A DNA stretch of 64,000 bases from Myxococcota bacterium (GTDB lineage: Bacteria; Myxococcota_A; SURF-8), in the NCBI GenBank assembly GCA_965140415.1, contig OZ223209.1:384001-448000 (forward strand), given 5' to 3'. Each line of letters opens with the position of its first letter. Position 1 is the stretch's first letter. This document shows, in pieces, positions 1-9,744 of the stretch. A program made the position numbers and the translations under genes. The notes beneath the pieces were generated by a model. It made no database searches. It worked only from the letters and a program-made list of their open reading frames with translations, and had not been told where the DNA came from.

Positions 1-414
1 TTGCGTGATCGCTTCCATTTCTTCCTTCCTCATCATTCGGAGCAGACCGGACTCATCCAATCAAATGGAGTGCATCCCATTTCAGACCACACCTCTGAAA
101 ATAGAGAACCTATTCCTACGCTATTTTTGTCGTGGTGTCAAGATCCTATGCATACAATTGCAAATCTGCATCACCTTCGCTAATCACTGATTTTCTATAG
201 GGAAATAGAACAGAATGTCAGTTTTGAACTCGAATCGATTGTGGTAATCCGGGGATAGGAGAGAAAATTTGACACCGCGTAGAAATCGCGTGTAGCCTAT
301 CGAAGCCGGTACAGGTCGATCCAATACGGACTCATTGCAAACAAGGAATTGTGACGGAAGCAGTCTTGGATCTCGTTGCATCCAGACCTCGTTTCCTTCG
401 ACTATCGACCGGTT

Positions 415-1449
415 TCAGGCACCGTCATTGGCGGCGCTTGCCTGCTCGTTACCGGAACCGTTTTCGCCGTTTTCGTCCAGTTCCACCTGGCTGAGTTCAC
501 CCATGGTCATACCGAGTTTGGACAACAACACCAGTCCCAGAATTGTAATGGGAATGATTTGCGTAGCGTGAATCGCAACCGACCAGGCCAGTGCCGTCGT
601 GTTGGCGATGCCGAAAATAGCCAGCGTTTTTACGCAGGCGAACTGAAACACGCCGATATAGCTGGGACTGCTCGGAATCAGTGAAGACAGGTTCACCACG
701 ACCAAAGCTAATAACGCCGCCTGCAATGGAACGGAAATCCCGAATGCATACAGGTAGTTGATGTACACCATCACTTCGCAGATCCACACCAGGAAACTGA
801 TCAGGAAGGAAATAACAAAATCCTTGGGTTGATGCAGCAGGGAAAGCCCCAATACGAAACGATTTAAAATATGCAGAATCTTAGCGGAAATAGCAGCAGG
901 GAAAATCCCCACCAGCTTTTCGGTCAGATTCATGACCCGCTGCCGCTGATAGGCCAGCGCGAACAGGAAAAGCAAACCACCGACGAATAGCAGTGACGAC
1001 ACCCAGGCCATGTATCGCAGCCAGGCGCGATCGACATCGGCGGCGAACATCAACACCACCAGGATCATGACGATGGTCAAGCCGTCGAACAGGCGTTCCA
1101 ATACCACCGAGGCAAAGGCGGAACTGCGGCTCATGCCTTCGCTTTTTCCGGTGACGTAAGCGCGGACGATCTCTCCCAACCGTGCGGGTAGCAGATTGTT
1201 GGCCATGTAGCCGATTACGATATAGGAAAACAGCGCCGGCATACGGATGTTCTTGACCGAGCGCAACATGAAGCGCCAGCGCAGGGTACGAAAGAAGAAG
1301 GAAATCAGGTAAAAGAAAACACCCGGCAGGATGTACATGGGGCTAACGTGCTTGAAAGCCTGAACGAAATCGTTCAGGTTGAAATTCCAGACGGCCAGCG
1401 TCAGAAACAGGGCCGAAACGAGAATGGCGAGTATCGTACGTGCTTTCAT
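415..1449 (-). CDS. Lysylphosphatidylglycerol synthase TM-domain / flippase-like membrane protein (UPF0104 family)
   Basis: 344-aa polytopic membrane protein with family motifs RTLRWRFML, GYMANNLLPARLGEIVRAY, ASVVLERLFD and IPSSPSYIG. Confidence 0.85.
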   Translation of the reverse strand: MKARTILAILVSALFLTLAVWNFNLNDFVQAFKHVSPMYILPGVFFYLISFFFRTLRWRFMLRSVKNIRMPALFSYIVIGYMANNLLPARLGEIVRAYVTGKSEGMSRSSAFASVVLERLFDGLTIVMILVVLMFAADVDRAWLRYMAWVSSLLFVGGLLFLFALAYQRQRVMNLTEKLVGIFPAAISAKILHILNRFVLGLSLLHQPKDFVISFLISFLVWICEVMVYINYLYAFGISVPLQAALLALVVVNLSSLIPSSPSYIGVFQFACVKTLAIFGIANTTALAWSVAIHATQIIPITILGLVLLSKLGMTMGELSQVELDENGENGSGNEQASAANDGA

Positions 1450-1581
1450 TACAGCCTCACGGATTGAACTAGGCCGCCATAAATAACAATCCCCCTAAAA
1501 AAAGTCAATCATTCCTTTTTCAATGGATCGAAATGGGGTGAGTGTATCGCTCGGACAGACAGTGATACCTGATCTACTTGG

Positions 1582-3264
1582 TTACTCCTCGGATTCCCGC
1601 AACTCTTCGCACTCCACCTGTTCGCGCAGATATTCTTCGCGGCCTTCCAGAAAATCCTTCAAGCGACCGATATGAATCAGGAAATCCGAGCGACTGTCGT
1701 TCCTGTCGTTGGGATCGGCGCTGATGGATTCCCATAAGACCTCATCCAGCGCATCCGGCAGGCGGGGCAGACGTGTTTGCCAATAGTCGCTGTCGAGCAT
1801 TTCGCAGATATTCTGCCGAATCTGTTTGCCCAATTCGGGATCGAGTTGCGTGATGTGAATCAGCACGTTGGCCCAGCATTCCGGGTAGCCTTCATCCGGG
1901 CCGATGTCATCGTCGTCATCTACAAGTCCGTTCAGCCACCAATGATCGGAGCGCATGTGGTCTTCGTCGCAGATGTCTTCCGGTTCCGAATCGAAATAGC
2001 AGCCAAGCGTCAGATCCATATCCCAGGGGTAAAACTCCCAGGCGCTTTTTCCCGATTGGTTGGTCTGCCAGGAAAAGTAGAAGTTGTTCGTTGTAGAATC
2101 CGGGTCTTGAATCAGAATTTTTCCGGCCAGATAATTCATGTAGGCACTGACATGCAATAAGGGTCGGGTGCGTGTGGTCACCGTTTCATGGCGGGTTCGG
2201 TCCAATTGATCTGACTCCTCAAAATCCGGCCAGATTGCCGTTTCGATAAACTGAATCAAGTCGGAATAGTCTTCTTCATCTCCGGTTTTTTTGTGGTAAT
2301 ACGTGGGGTATTCGCTTTCATCCGGCATCGGGACAAAGGCTCCGCCTGGATAGTAAATCCCCATTTCATACATGGCGTTGTCCCGGTTGCGGCCATTGGT
2401 TTCCAGGAAGTTTCCGCCGATGCGCTCGATTTCGACCATCAAGCCGTAATAGTCCCCATTGACGTACAATTGCTTGTAGCGGACGCGCGGTGTCGGGATG
2501 CGAGTCAATGCCCGATAGGTATGATAGGACAGGAAACTGCGCATGAAAGTCGGGTCGTCCCAATCCGCTTTGTAATTGATTTTACGAGCGAATCCCGGAT
2601 GGTCCACATCTTCCGGGAACCGAATGCGGAAGCTGCTTTTGGGGAAAGACCGGGAAAAGCTACCCAGAATGCGGATTTGTTCGCCGTTATCATAACGAAC
2701 GCCATCTACAGTAAGGACACAGTCGTAAAAAGTTTCAATACCACTGGATGCACCATCCAACAGCGCCTGAAAGTCCGCCGGGTCCATCTCCAAATCCGCG
2801 CGTCCCACCAGCGCGGGCATACAGAAACTTTCAATGCAATGCTCCCCGCTGCGGCACTGCGCATCCGCAGAACAGGCTCCGCATTGTCCATTCGCCCGGC
2901 AACCTTCCAACTCCCGGCATTGCGCCGCTGTTGTACAAGCTCCACATCGATTTCCCAGAAATCCCTGTCCGGGCAGGCAGTCACGAGGACCGGTGGGCGT
3001 TAAAATGGGGTCGTCATCATAAAATGGTTCAACCGCCTCTGGCCATTCAACCTCTTGAATTTCTTTAATATCGGCATCTTCATCGCCATCGGTGTGGTTG
3101 TTGCGGTCACCATCGGTAGAATCATCCAGGTCGCCATCGCTACTTTCTGGTTGATCTGAATCACCGTTTGTATTCGTTTCGTCTGAATTGCACCCGGCAA
3201 ATAGGAACGCCGAAGCGAGCAGCAACAGTATACAAATCAGAGACAGCATATGCTTGAATGCCAT
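1582..3264 (-). CDS. CotH kinase family lipoprotein with acidic DGD linker and short Cys-rich repeats
   Basis: Lipobox FAGC; CotH motifs SRSFPKSSFRIRF, DPTFMR, YVNGDYYGL..IE, NNFYF, FYPWDMDLTLG. Start moved to ATG 3264 (AAGGA upstream). Confidence 0.85.
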   Translation of the reverse strand: MAFKHMLSLICILLLLASAFLFAGCNSDETNTNGDSDQPESSDGDLDDSTDGDRNNHTDGDEDADIKEIQEVEWPEAVEPFYDDDPILTPTGPRDCLPGQGFLGNRCGACTTAAQCRELEGCRANGQCGACSADAQCRSGEHCIESFCMPALVGRADLEMDPADFQALLDGASSGIETFYDCVLTVDGVRYDNGEQIRILGSFSRSFPKSSFRIRFPEDVDHPGFARKINYKADWDDPTFMRSFLSYHTYRALTRIPTPRVRYKQLYVNGDYYGLMVEIERIGGNFLETNGRNRDNAMYEMGIYYPGGAFVPMPDESEYPTYYHKKTGDEEDYSDLIQFIETAIWPDFEESDQLDRTRHETVTTRTRPLLHVSAYMNYLAGKILIQDPDSTTNNFYFSWQTNQSGKSAWEFYPWDMDLTLGCYFDSEPEDICDEDHMRSDHWWLNGLVDDDDDIGPDEGYPECWANVLIHITQLDPELGKQIRQNICEMLDSDYWQTRLPRLPDALDEVLWESISADPNDRNDSRSDFLIHIGRLKDFLEGREEYLREQVECEELRESEE

Positions 3265-3325
3265 GATGAAAGTCCTTACCTGCACATGGGGTTTGCATGG
3301 AATACCACGCTTTAGTTTGTTTGTC

Positions 3326-3355
3326 ATGCTACGAGCAGAACCGAGCAACTGTCAA
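3326..3355 (-). promoter_or_regulatory. Putative sigma70-type promoter for the CotH gene
   Basis: TTGACA-N18-TAGCAT on the minus strand, about 60 nt upstream of the start. Confidence 0.5.
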
Positions 3356-3468
3356 GCCGGTTGTCACATTCGTTTCGCTTTTCGGGATATCTGCACTTTT
3401 GCTTGCCCGCACCGAAGCGATTTGATAGCATGGCATGGTGGATTGAAAACTTTGCAAGGGGTCACGTC

Positions 3469-4416
3469 ATGAAATCCAACCGGGCCTTTCAGATCAAGGC
3501 GCTTTGCTTTTTAGTGGCTGTATTGTCCAGTACCTTTTTAATGGGCGATTTCTGCGAGGATGTTCTTTCGATTCCCATCGAAGTCGAATACGCCACCAGT
3601 CCCACCAACGACTCCGCCTCGGAGGACTACGATCCGATTTCATTGGAAGTTTCCTTTAAAGACATGGCTCCGGTAACGGTAGACGGTGATCTGGACGGTG
3701 ATCTGGAAATACCCGCCCTGGATGGCGATCTGGATATTGAAACCGGGTTGGAAGGCGACATCCCCACCGTCGATGACATTCTGGATGGCGGCTATGATTT
3801 ATCCGTGCAGCATCTGACCGTCGATCTGACCGACCCCGAAAACGGTGGTGTGCGGGATATCAACAATTACAAGGGAAACATTCTGGGCGTTTTCATCCGT
3901 TCGGTCGGTTACGAAATTCCTCAGAGCAACATCCCGGCGGATCTTCCACCACTGGAAATTTACCTTTCGATCAAAGCCCAGGACGAGGAAAACTCGGATA
4001 CTTCTTTCGATTGGGATAGCTGGGTAGCTTCGCTGGAAGATGGCCAGTCGCTGGATTACGACTGGCTGACCGATCCCGATGGCGGCAACGCCGTGCGCCT
4101 GGGTAGCACCGATCGCCTGATCTGGAATGCACCACTGGGAGCGGAAGTCAACGCAGACGGTAGCTTTACCGTCCCATTAAGGGATTTCCCGACCTCGCAT
4201 TATCTGATTTCGCCGATCGAAAACATCGATCAGGTTTCCGAAGTCATTATGGAGAACTTCCGTTTCGAAGTGCTGGTTGTTCCCGCACCGGACGAAAACG
4301 GCCAACGCTCGCGGGTTTATGTGGACGAGGCATATCGCGATCTGATCCCCGACGATCTTTCGGGAAAGATCGATCTGATTCTGCACCTGGCGGTGGTTGT
4401 AATCGCCAAGGCCTGA
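3469..4416 (+). CDS. Exported acidic hypothetical protein (possible lipoprotein) with DGD repeats
   Basis: Hydrophobic N-terminus ending LMGDFC; contains DGDLDGDLE and LDGDLD; start moved to ATG 3469 (AAGGGG upstream). Confidence 0.7.
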   Translation: MKSNRAFQIKALCFLVAVLSSTFLMGDFCEDVLSIPIEVEYATSPTNDSASEDYDPISLEVSFKDMAPVTVDGDLDGDLEIPALDGDLDIETGLEGDIPTVDDILDGGYDLSVQHLTVDLTDPENGGVRDINNYKGNILGVFIRSVGYEIPQSNIPADLPPLEIYLSIKAQDEENSDTSFDWDSWVASLEDGQSLDYDWLTDPDGGNAVRLGSTDRLIWNAPLGAEVNADGSFTVPLRDFPTSHYLISPIENIDQVSEVIMENFRFEVLVVPAPDENGQRSRVYVDEAYRDLIPDDLSGKIDLILHLAVVVIAKA

Positions 4417-4458
4417 TATCCGCCTGTTTCATCACCTCGATTAGTTTGGAGAGGTTTC

Positions 4459-5250
4459 ATGTCCCGGTTACAACTACCTGACATTCGTATTGATGCACGT
4501 TTCAGTCTGTTAGTGATGGCGCTGCTGTTATTGTTCGCCTGTTCCGATTCGCATGAGGATAAGCTACCACCGGTCAAAGAACCGAACGAGCAGGACGTGC
4601 TCAAGCTATTCCACATCAATGGCGATACGCCCAACGTGCTCTATACCTACATGGACGAGAAGGGGGCCTACCAGACGGTGGAAAAATCCGACGACGTACC
4701 CGATCCCTTCCGAAACGACGTACTTGTGGTGCCGCTGTCGGTGCCACCGGAAAAACGTCTGGCTGCCACCAAAGTGGCGGTGGCCGATTTGAATTCCAAA
4801 ACGAAAGACGGCTTCTTCCCCGTCGAACTGGAAGACCGCTCCCGCTACGAGAATGCCGTCAAGCTCAAGCGCAAGTGGCGCTTGTCGCAGGTCCGCGAAC
4901 CGATGCCGCAATATAATGCGGCACAATTGAAAGGGCAGGCGCCCGCAGCGCGCGACCGCGTAGTGCTCTATGGTGCAAGTTGGTGTGGTTACTGCCGCAA
5001 GGTCAAGCATCTGTTGGAGCAGAACAAGGTGCCCTTTGTGGAGCGCGATATCGAGAAAGACGATCAGGCTGCCAAAGAGATGATGGCCAGTTGCGCTGCC
5101 GACGGCGTGCAGTGTTCCGGCGTGCCGGTTGTCGATTGGATGGGGCAGTTGGTTTTAGGTTATGATGAAGCCACTTTGAAGCGCTTGATGCACGAACGGC
5201 CTCCCAAAGCCGCCGTACCCGCTGCACCGGCGACCCCGACAAAACCGTAA
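4459..5250 (+). CDS. Lipoprotein with C-terminal glutaredoxin/NrdH-like domain
   Basis: Lipobox LFAC; VVLYGASWCGYCRK active site and GVPVV cis-Pro motif; GGAGAGG RBS. Confidence 0.85.
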   Translation: MSRLQLPDIRIDARFSLLVMALLLLFACSDSHEDKLPPVKEPNEQDVLKLFHINGDTPNVLYTYMDEKGAYQTVEKSDDVPDPFRNDVLVVPLSVPPEKRLAATKVAVADLNSKTKDGFFPVELEDRSRYENAVKLKRKWRLSQVREPMPQYNAAQLKGQAPAARDRVVLYGASWCGYCRKVKHLLEQNKVPFVERDIEKDDQAAKEMMASCAADGVQCSGVPVVDWMGQLVLGYDEATLKRLMHERPPKAAVPAAPATPTKP

Positions 5251-5266
5251 TTGGAAAGTGTAACGA

Positions 5267-6547
5267 TCAACCCTCGGTTTCCACGTCTGCATCGACTTCT
5301 GCGGTTTCCGAGAGTTCCTCTTCCGTGTCGCTATCCGGCAACAGATCGCCGTCCGGGGCGGCATCCATGTCACCATCGGTACTCGGTAGCGCTTTGCCTC
5401 CAACACCGACGGACAGCTCCGGGTTGTTCAGATCGTCGCTGCTGATCGTGATTGTTTTGTAATAATCGCCAGCCGAAGTTGGAGTGAACGATACGGTCAA
5501 TAACGCCGAATCGTCCGACTGTATGATGGTTGGCATGGCGATCGGCTGCAATTGAAACACACCCGAAGGATCGATTAGTTGAGCCTTTAATATTGCCAGC
5601 GCTTTGCTTTGATCGTTCACGTTTTTTATCAACAAGGAACCCTGGCGAGTGGTTCCGGCTTCGACTTCCCCGAAATCGAGTTGAGCCGGTTCAACGGCAA
5701 TCACGCCGCCGCCTGCTCCGCGCCCCGTTAATTCAATCTGCCAATCCGCCGCATCGGTATCGTTACTGGCAACGATTACGGTTCCGGTCGCCTCCGCCTG
5801 CAAAGTCGGACGGAAGGTGACTTCAAACGAAAGTTCATAGCCGGGTTGTACGACGCTGCCATCTTTATCGGGCAGGCTGAAAGCCGCGTCGCTATCGACG
5901 GACAATTCCAGTGACTGCACCTGCAAGGGGCCGTCGCCGCTATTGTTGATGGTGAAGCTGCGCGTGGATTGCCCGTCGATGGCCACCAGCCCGAAAGCGA
6001 GCTTGGTATCGCCACCGATGTTCGGCTCGCCTGTTACTGTATCGCCATCCTGATCGCCGTCCTCTTCCTCTGCCGGCAATCCCGGACCGAATAACGAAAA
6101 GTGATCCGTCGTTGCACTGACGCTTAGCGCCGTTGTATCCACGTCTCCTTCCAGCGCGCTCCAGGTACTCTGGAAATCGGCAGCGGTATAAATGCGGATG
6201 GCGGCAGCATCCGTTTCTTCCGGCAAGCGGCTGTCATCGTAGTTCATGCTGATGGTAATAGGTTTGGCAAACGTCGTGTCTTCCGGTCCCAGCCGGTAGA
6301 AATCCCCAAGAGGCGTTACGCCGCGTGTCGGATCTTCTACCTTGACGACACTCAACTCCAGCGCCTCTTCGACCGCTCCGGCAGGCCATTGCAAGCTTAC
6401 TCCCAAGATTGTTACACTTCCGGCTTCGGGAGTGATCCACACGCCGGTTTCCGCCGGATCGTCGCCATCGCTGGAACAGGACATGCTACAACAAACCACA
6501 ACCGCGAGTAGCAGCAGACACAAGAGCATCGATCGTGCAGGGCGCAT
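5267..6547 (-). CDS. Lipoprotein with ZU5-like domain and two Ig-like (choice-of-anchor D/ASH-type) domains
   Basis: Signal peptide with Cys; ZU5-like segment (LGPEDTTFAKPITISMNY...TDHFSLF); two repeats of L.FG.V....I.N...L....V.F.PT; start moved to ATG 6547 (GAAGGAG). Confidence 0.7.
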   Translation of the reverse strand: MRPARSMLLCLLLLAVVVCCSMSCSSDGDDPAETGVWITPEAGSVTILGVSLQWPAGAVEEALELSVVKVEDPTRGVTPLGDFYRLGPEDTTFAKPITISMNYDDSRLPEETDAAAIRIYTAADFQSTWSALEGDVDTTALSVSATTDHFSLFGPGLPAEEEDGDQDGDTVTGEPNIGGDTKLAFGLVAIDGQSTRSFTINNSGDGPLQVQSLELSVDSDAAFSLPDKDGSVVQPGYELSFEVTFRPTLQAEATGTVIVASNDTDAADWQIELTGRGAGGGVIAVEPAQLDFGEVEAGTTRQGSLLIKNVNDQSKALAILKAQLIDPSGVFQLQPIAMPTIIQSDDSALLTVSFTPTSAGDYYKTITISSDDLNNPELSVGVGGKALPSTDGDMDAAPDGDLLPDSDTEEELSETAEVDADVETEG

Positions 6548-6681
6548 GGTGCGTTCTCCTTCTTCATGGCAGACAATAGTGCCTATCTGGACAGTCCGAG
6601 CCGTCAGATTATGACTCTTAACCTGATATAGTGTAGCGTATTCGCGTAGGTGCTGCAATCTCTTGAAGTCGGATTGTTTCG

Positions 6682-7347
6682 CTATTTTTGCGGGAGATTG
6701 GCACGCAGGGAAGCGATGGCCTGGGCGTAGTCATCTTTGCCGAAAATCGCCGAACCGGCCACGAACACATCCACTCCCGCCTCGGCAGCGGCAGCGATGG
6801 TATCCGGCGCGATGCCGCCGTCCATTTGAATGCGGCAGGACAGGCCACGCTCTTCGATCTGTTCGCGCAGACGTCGCGCTTTAGGCAACACGGAGGGGAT
6901 GAAGGATTGTCCACCGAATCCGGGATTGACGCTCATCAGTACGACCAGATCCAAGTCATCCAGCAGGTAGTCCAGTACATTGAGTGGTGTATGGGGATTC
7001 AGCGCCACTCCGGCCTTTTTTCCCAATGAGCGAATCAACTGTACGGTTCGATGCAAGTGCGGGCAGGCTTCGGCATGTACCGCGATCCAGTCTGCGCCTG
7101 CCTTCGCAAAATCAGGGATGTAGCGATCCGGCTGCTCGATCATCAGGTGCACGTCGAAGGGTTTATCCGTTACCGAGCGAATCGACTGCACGATCAGCGG
7201 ACCAAAAGTCAGATTCGGTACGAAGTGACCGTCCATCACATCGATATGCACCCAGTCGGCACCATCGGCCACCACTTGCTTTACTTCTTCGCCCAAGCGC
7301 GAGAAATCGGCGGACAAAATGGAAGGGGCGATCTTGAAATCGGGCAT
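6682..7347 (-). CDS. rpe: Ribulose-phosphate 3-epimerase
   Basis: [51 protein letters not shown]. Confidence 0.97.
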   Translation of the reverse strand: MPDFKIAPSILSADFSRLGEEVKQVVADGADWVHIDVMDGHFVPNLTFGPLIVQSIRSVTDKPFDVHLMIEQPDRYIPDFAKAGADWIAVHAEACPHLHRTVQLIRSLGKKAGVALNPHTPLNVLDYLLDDLDLVVLMSVNPGFGGQSFIPSVLPKARRLREQIEERGLSCRIQMDGGIAPDTIAAAAEAGVDVFVAGSAIFGKDDYAQAIASLRANLPQK

Positions 7348-7612
7348 CCTAATTCTCCTGGCTCATCGTGGAAATTGCATTCTCGTCTGTATCACAATGT
7401 GGACCGCTTTGCAATGCCGGGCAAGTAGGAATGTGAGCCTAAACCCACCTTGCAAACCAGGAAAATGAAATTCGCCCTTGCGGATCGGAAAATCGACCTT
7501 ATGGTTTCTTCAGAGAACGGATGTCGAACCGTACCGAACTTCCGCTGATGCTACGGAAAAACCTCCAAGCGCAACAGTGATTTGACTTTTTGATTAGAAA
7601 GGTGAGTTTAGA

Positions 7613-8026
7613 ATGAGCAACAATCCCATGGAATTGACGATCAGCCTGCCCGGCGGAAAGCGCGTAGATGCGCAATATATGAATTTCGAAATCAAAACCG
7701 ACCAGTCCGTCAAAGTGGGCGGAGGTGGCACGGCTCCCGAGCCGTATACACTGTTTCTGGCTTCGTTAGGCACCTGCGCCGGTATTTACGTCGTGGGCTT
7801 TTGTCAGAGCCGAAATCTGGACTATGAAGGCATTACCATCAAGCAACGCCTGATTCCCGATGCGGAAGGCAAGAAAATCGGCGAGATCGCTTTGGACATC
7901 CAGGTGCCGCCCGAATTTCCCGAAAAATACTACGATGCCCTGGTGCGTTCCGCCAATCAGTGCGCCGTAAAGAAAACCATCGAGAATCCACCGAAGTTCA
8001 GCATTCAAACGGTTGTCAACAACTGA
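7613..8026 (+). CDS. OsmC family protein
   Basis: TDQ...GG.GTAPEPYTLFLASLGTCAG and second Cys in QCAVKKTI. Confidence 0.88.
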   Translation: MSNNPMELTISLPGGKRVDAQYMNFEIKTDQSVKVGGGGTAPEPYTLFLASLGTCAGIYVVGFCQSRNLDYEGITIKQRLIPDAEGKKIGEIALDIQVPPEFPEKYYDALVRSANQCAVKKTIENPPKFSIQTVVNN

Positions 8027-8050
8027 TTGCATAATCTGATCAACTTCTAC

Positions 8051-8093
8051 ACGCCCCTGGTTTCGGATGCTTCCGGAGTCAGGGGCGTTTTTT
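8051..8093 (+). terminator. Rho-independent terminator after the OsmC gene
   Basis: ACGCCCCTG...CAGGGGCGT stem followed by a T run. Confidence 0.8.
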
Positions 8094-8497
8094 GCTTCAA
8101 CAATTCTCTTTAAAGACCTCTAAAAAACCTGTTTCCGGCGGGTGCGTCTAAAAAAGACATATGAAGGCAAGTATCCTTGTTTAAAAATGCTACTTTGCTT
8201 GCAACAATTTTTATGACCCATAAGGTGCTGATAACAGTGAGAATTATTAAGATTGTGTCAGCACGATTTCACCTGGATTTACAATAATTCAAAATTAATC
8301 TATTGCCAACCGGTAGCATTTGGGTTATATAACAAATTAGGGGAATTGTAGACAGATCGAAGTTTTGGAAGCTAATCAAAGCCAGGGGGTGGGCACTTCG
8401 CTGTTTGACAATTAAACAGGGTATCAATTTCCCGCATCTGGGGCGGGGAAAGAAAACGAGGGGAAGAGAAAAGTATGTGCAGTAAAGGGGGTTCATC

Positions 8498-8767
8498 ATG
8501 AGTATGGAAGTCGGCAAAGTTAAATGGTTCAATGATGCTAAAGGGTTTGGCTTTATCAAAAGAGACACGGATGAAGATGTATTCGTACATTACACAGCCA
8601 TCGAGGGGACTGGATTTCGATCTCTTTATGAAGGCCAGGAAGTCGAATTTGAATTAACGCAAGGGCCCAAAGGTCTATTGGCCAAGAAGGTCATCAAACT
8701 GGAGCGCAAAAACGCTCTAGCCGGGGAAGACAACTTGGAATCTGGCGAAACAGCCGCTACAGCCTAA
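8498..8767 (+). CDS. Cold-shock domain protein
   Basis: [15 protein letters not shown] (RNP1), DVFVHYTAI (RNP2); extra ~20-aa C-terminal tail. Confidence 0.95.
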   Translation: MSMEVGKVKWFNDAKGFGFIKRDTDEDVFVHYTAIEGTGFRSLYEGQEVEFELTQGPKGLLAKKVIKLERKNALAGEDNLESGETAATA

Positions 8768-8796
8768 TCGAAATTTACTTTCCTTCCGCCCCACAT

Positions 8797-8826
8797 GGCC
8801 CGATGCTTTAGCATCGGGCCTTTTTT
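8797..8826 (+). terminator. Rho-independent terminator after the cold-shock gene
   Basis: GGCCCGATGCT-TT-AGCATCGGGCC followed by TTTTTT. Confidence 0.85.
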
Positions 8827-8937
8827 GTTTGGCGGCGATCCCGCTGCCGCTACATTTGCATTACGGAGCGAATCTGTTATGACTATCTGCTGGTGTATAC
8901 CTGTCTGTTATAACTATCCGAAGTGGGAGTGTGTAAT

Positions 8938-9732
8938 ATGAGTGAAACGTGGGATTGGACTTTGGCCGCCCGCCGTCATCCACAGGGACGGGAAATCCTG
9001 CGCCAGCTCGGGCGCGCCTCGATCGACTTCGAGTTGATCGAAGCCGGCGACCGCATCCTCGTTGCCTGCTCGGGTGGCAAGGACAGCTATACACTGTTGT
9101 GGGCGATGGAGCGGGTTCGACAGCGGGTACCCTTTACCTTCGAAATCGTGCCATTGAACATCGATATGGGTTTCGGTCAGTTCGAACAGGCGGTTATCGG
9201 CGACTATATCCGTAACCAGGGATTGGATGTGGAACTGGTGCAGGAAAACGCCGGAATGGTGATTGAAAAAAAGATCGGGCAGCAGGGAAACGCCTGCTGG
9301 CTTTGCGCGAGACTGCGCCGGGGAATCCTGTATACACAGGCCAAGCGCTTGAACTGCAACAAAATCGCGTTGGGACATCACGCCGATGACAGTATCGAAA
9401 CGTTGTTGATCAATCAGTTTTTCGCAGGACGCATCAAGGCCATGCCGCCTAAACTGCGTACCGATGACGGCAGCCTGCTGGTGATTCGTCCCTTGATTTA
9501 TTGCTATGAAGCCACGATTCGGCAATTTGCGGCGGATATGAAATTCCCGCTGGTCGGTTGCAACTGTGCCTATGGATCGGGTTTGGACGACGGGCAGCGG
9601 CTTGAAACGAAAAAGCTGATCGAAGAGCTTTCCCAGCGCATTCCGGATCTGCGCTCCCACCTATTAGCCAGTCTGACACATGTGGTCCCCGATCACCTGA
9701 TGGATCGTGATCTATTCGATTTCAAACTGTAG
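8938..9732 (+). CDS. ttcA: tRNA 2-thiocytidine biosynthesis protein TtcA family
   Basis: PP-loop SGGKDS, CWLCARLRRGILY, ALGHHADD, MPPKL, VIRPL; start set at ATG 8938. Confidence 0.85.
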   Translation: MSETWDWTLAARRHPQGREILRQLGRASIDFELIEAGDRILVACSGGKDSYTLLWAMERVRQRVPFTFEIVPLNIDMGFGQFEQAVIGDYIRNQGLDVELVQENAGMVIEKKIGQQGNACWLCARLRRGILYTQAKRLNCNKIALGHHADDSIETLLINQFFAGRIKAMPPKLRTDDGSLLVIRPLIYCYEATIRQFAADMKFPLVGCNCAYGSGLDDGQRLETKKLIEELSQRIPDLRSHLLASLTHVVPDHLMDRDLFDFKL

Positions 9733-9744
9733 CGCTTGGGGAGG

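Noticed and set aside
340-366. GGAAGCAG as SRP RNA helix 8
   Set aside because: No preceding CAGG plus paired stem and GNRA loop
7510-7560. GCTGATGCTAC segment upstream of the OsmC gene as a fluoride riboswitch
   Set aside because: The 5' GATGG-type element and pseudoknot pairing are missing
8100-8497. AT-rich stretch before the cold-shock gene as foreign DNA or small ORFs
   Set aside because: Consistent with a promoter region and the long 5' leader typical of cold-shock genes; short ORFs there lack support
8914-9660. 248-aa minus-strand ORF
   Set aside because: Antisense to the motif-supported ttcA gene
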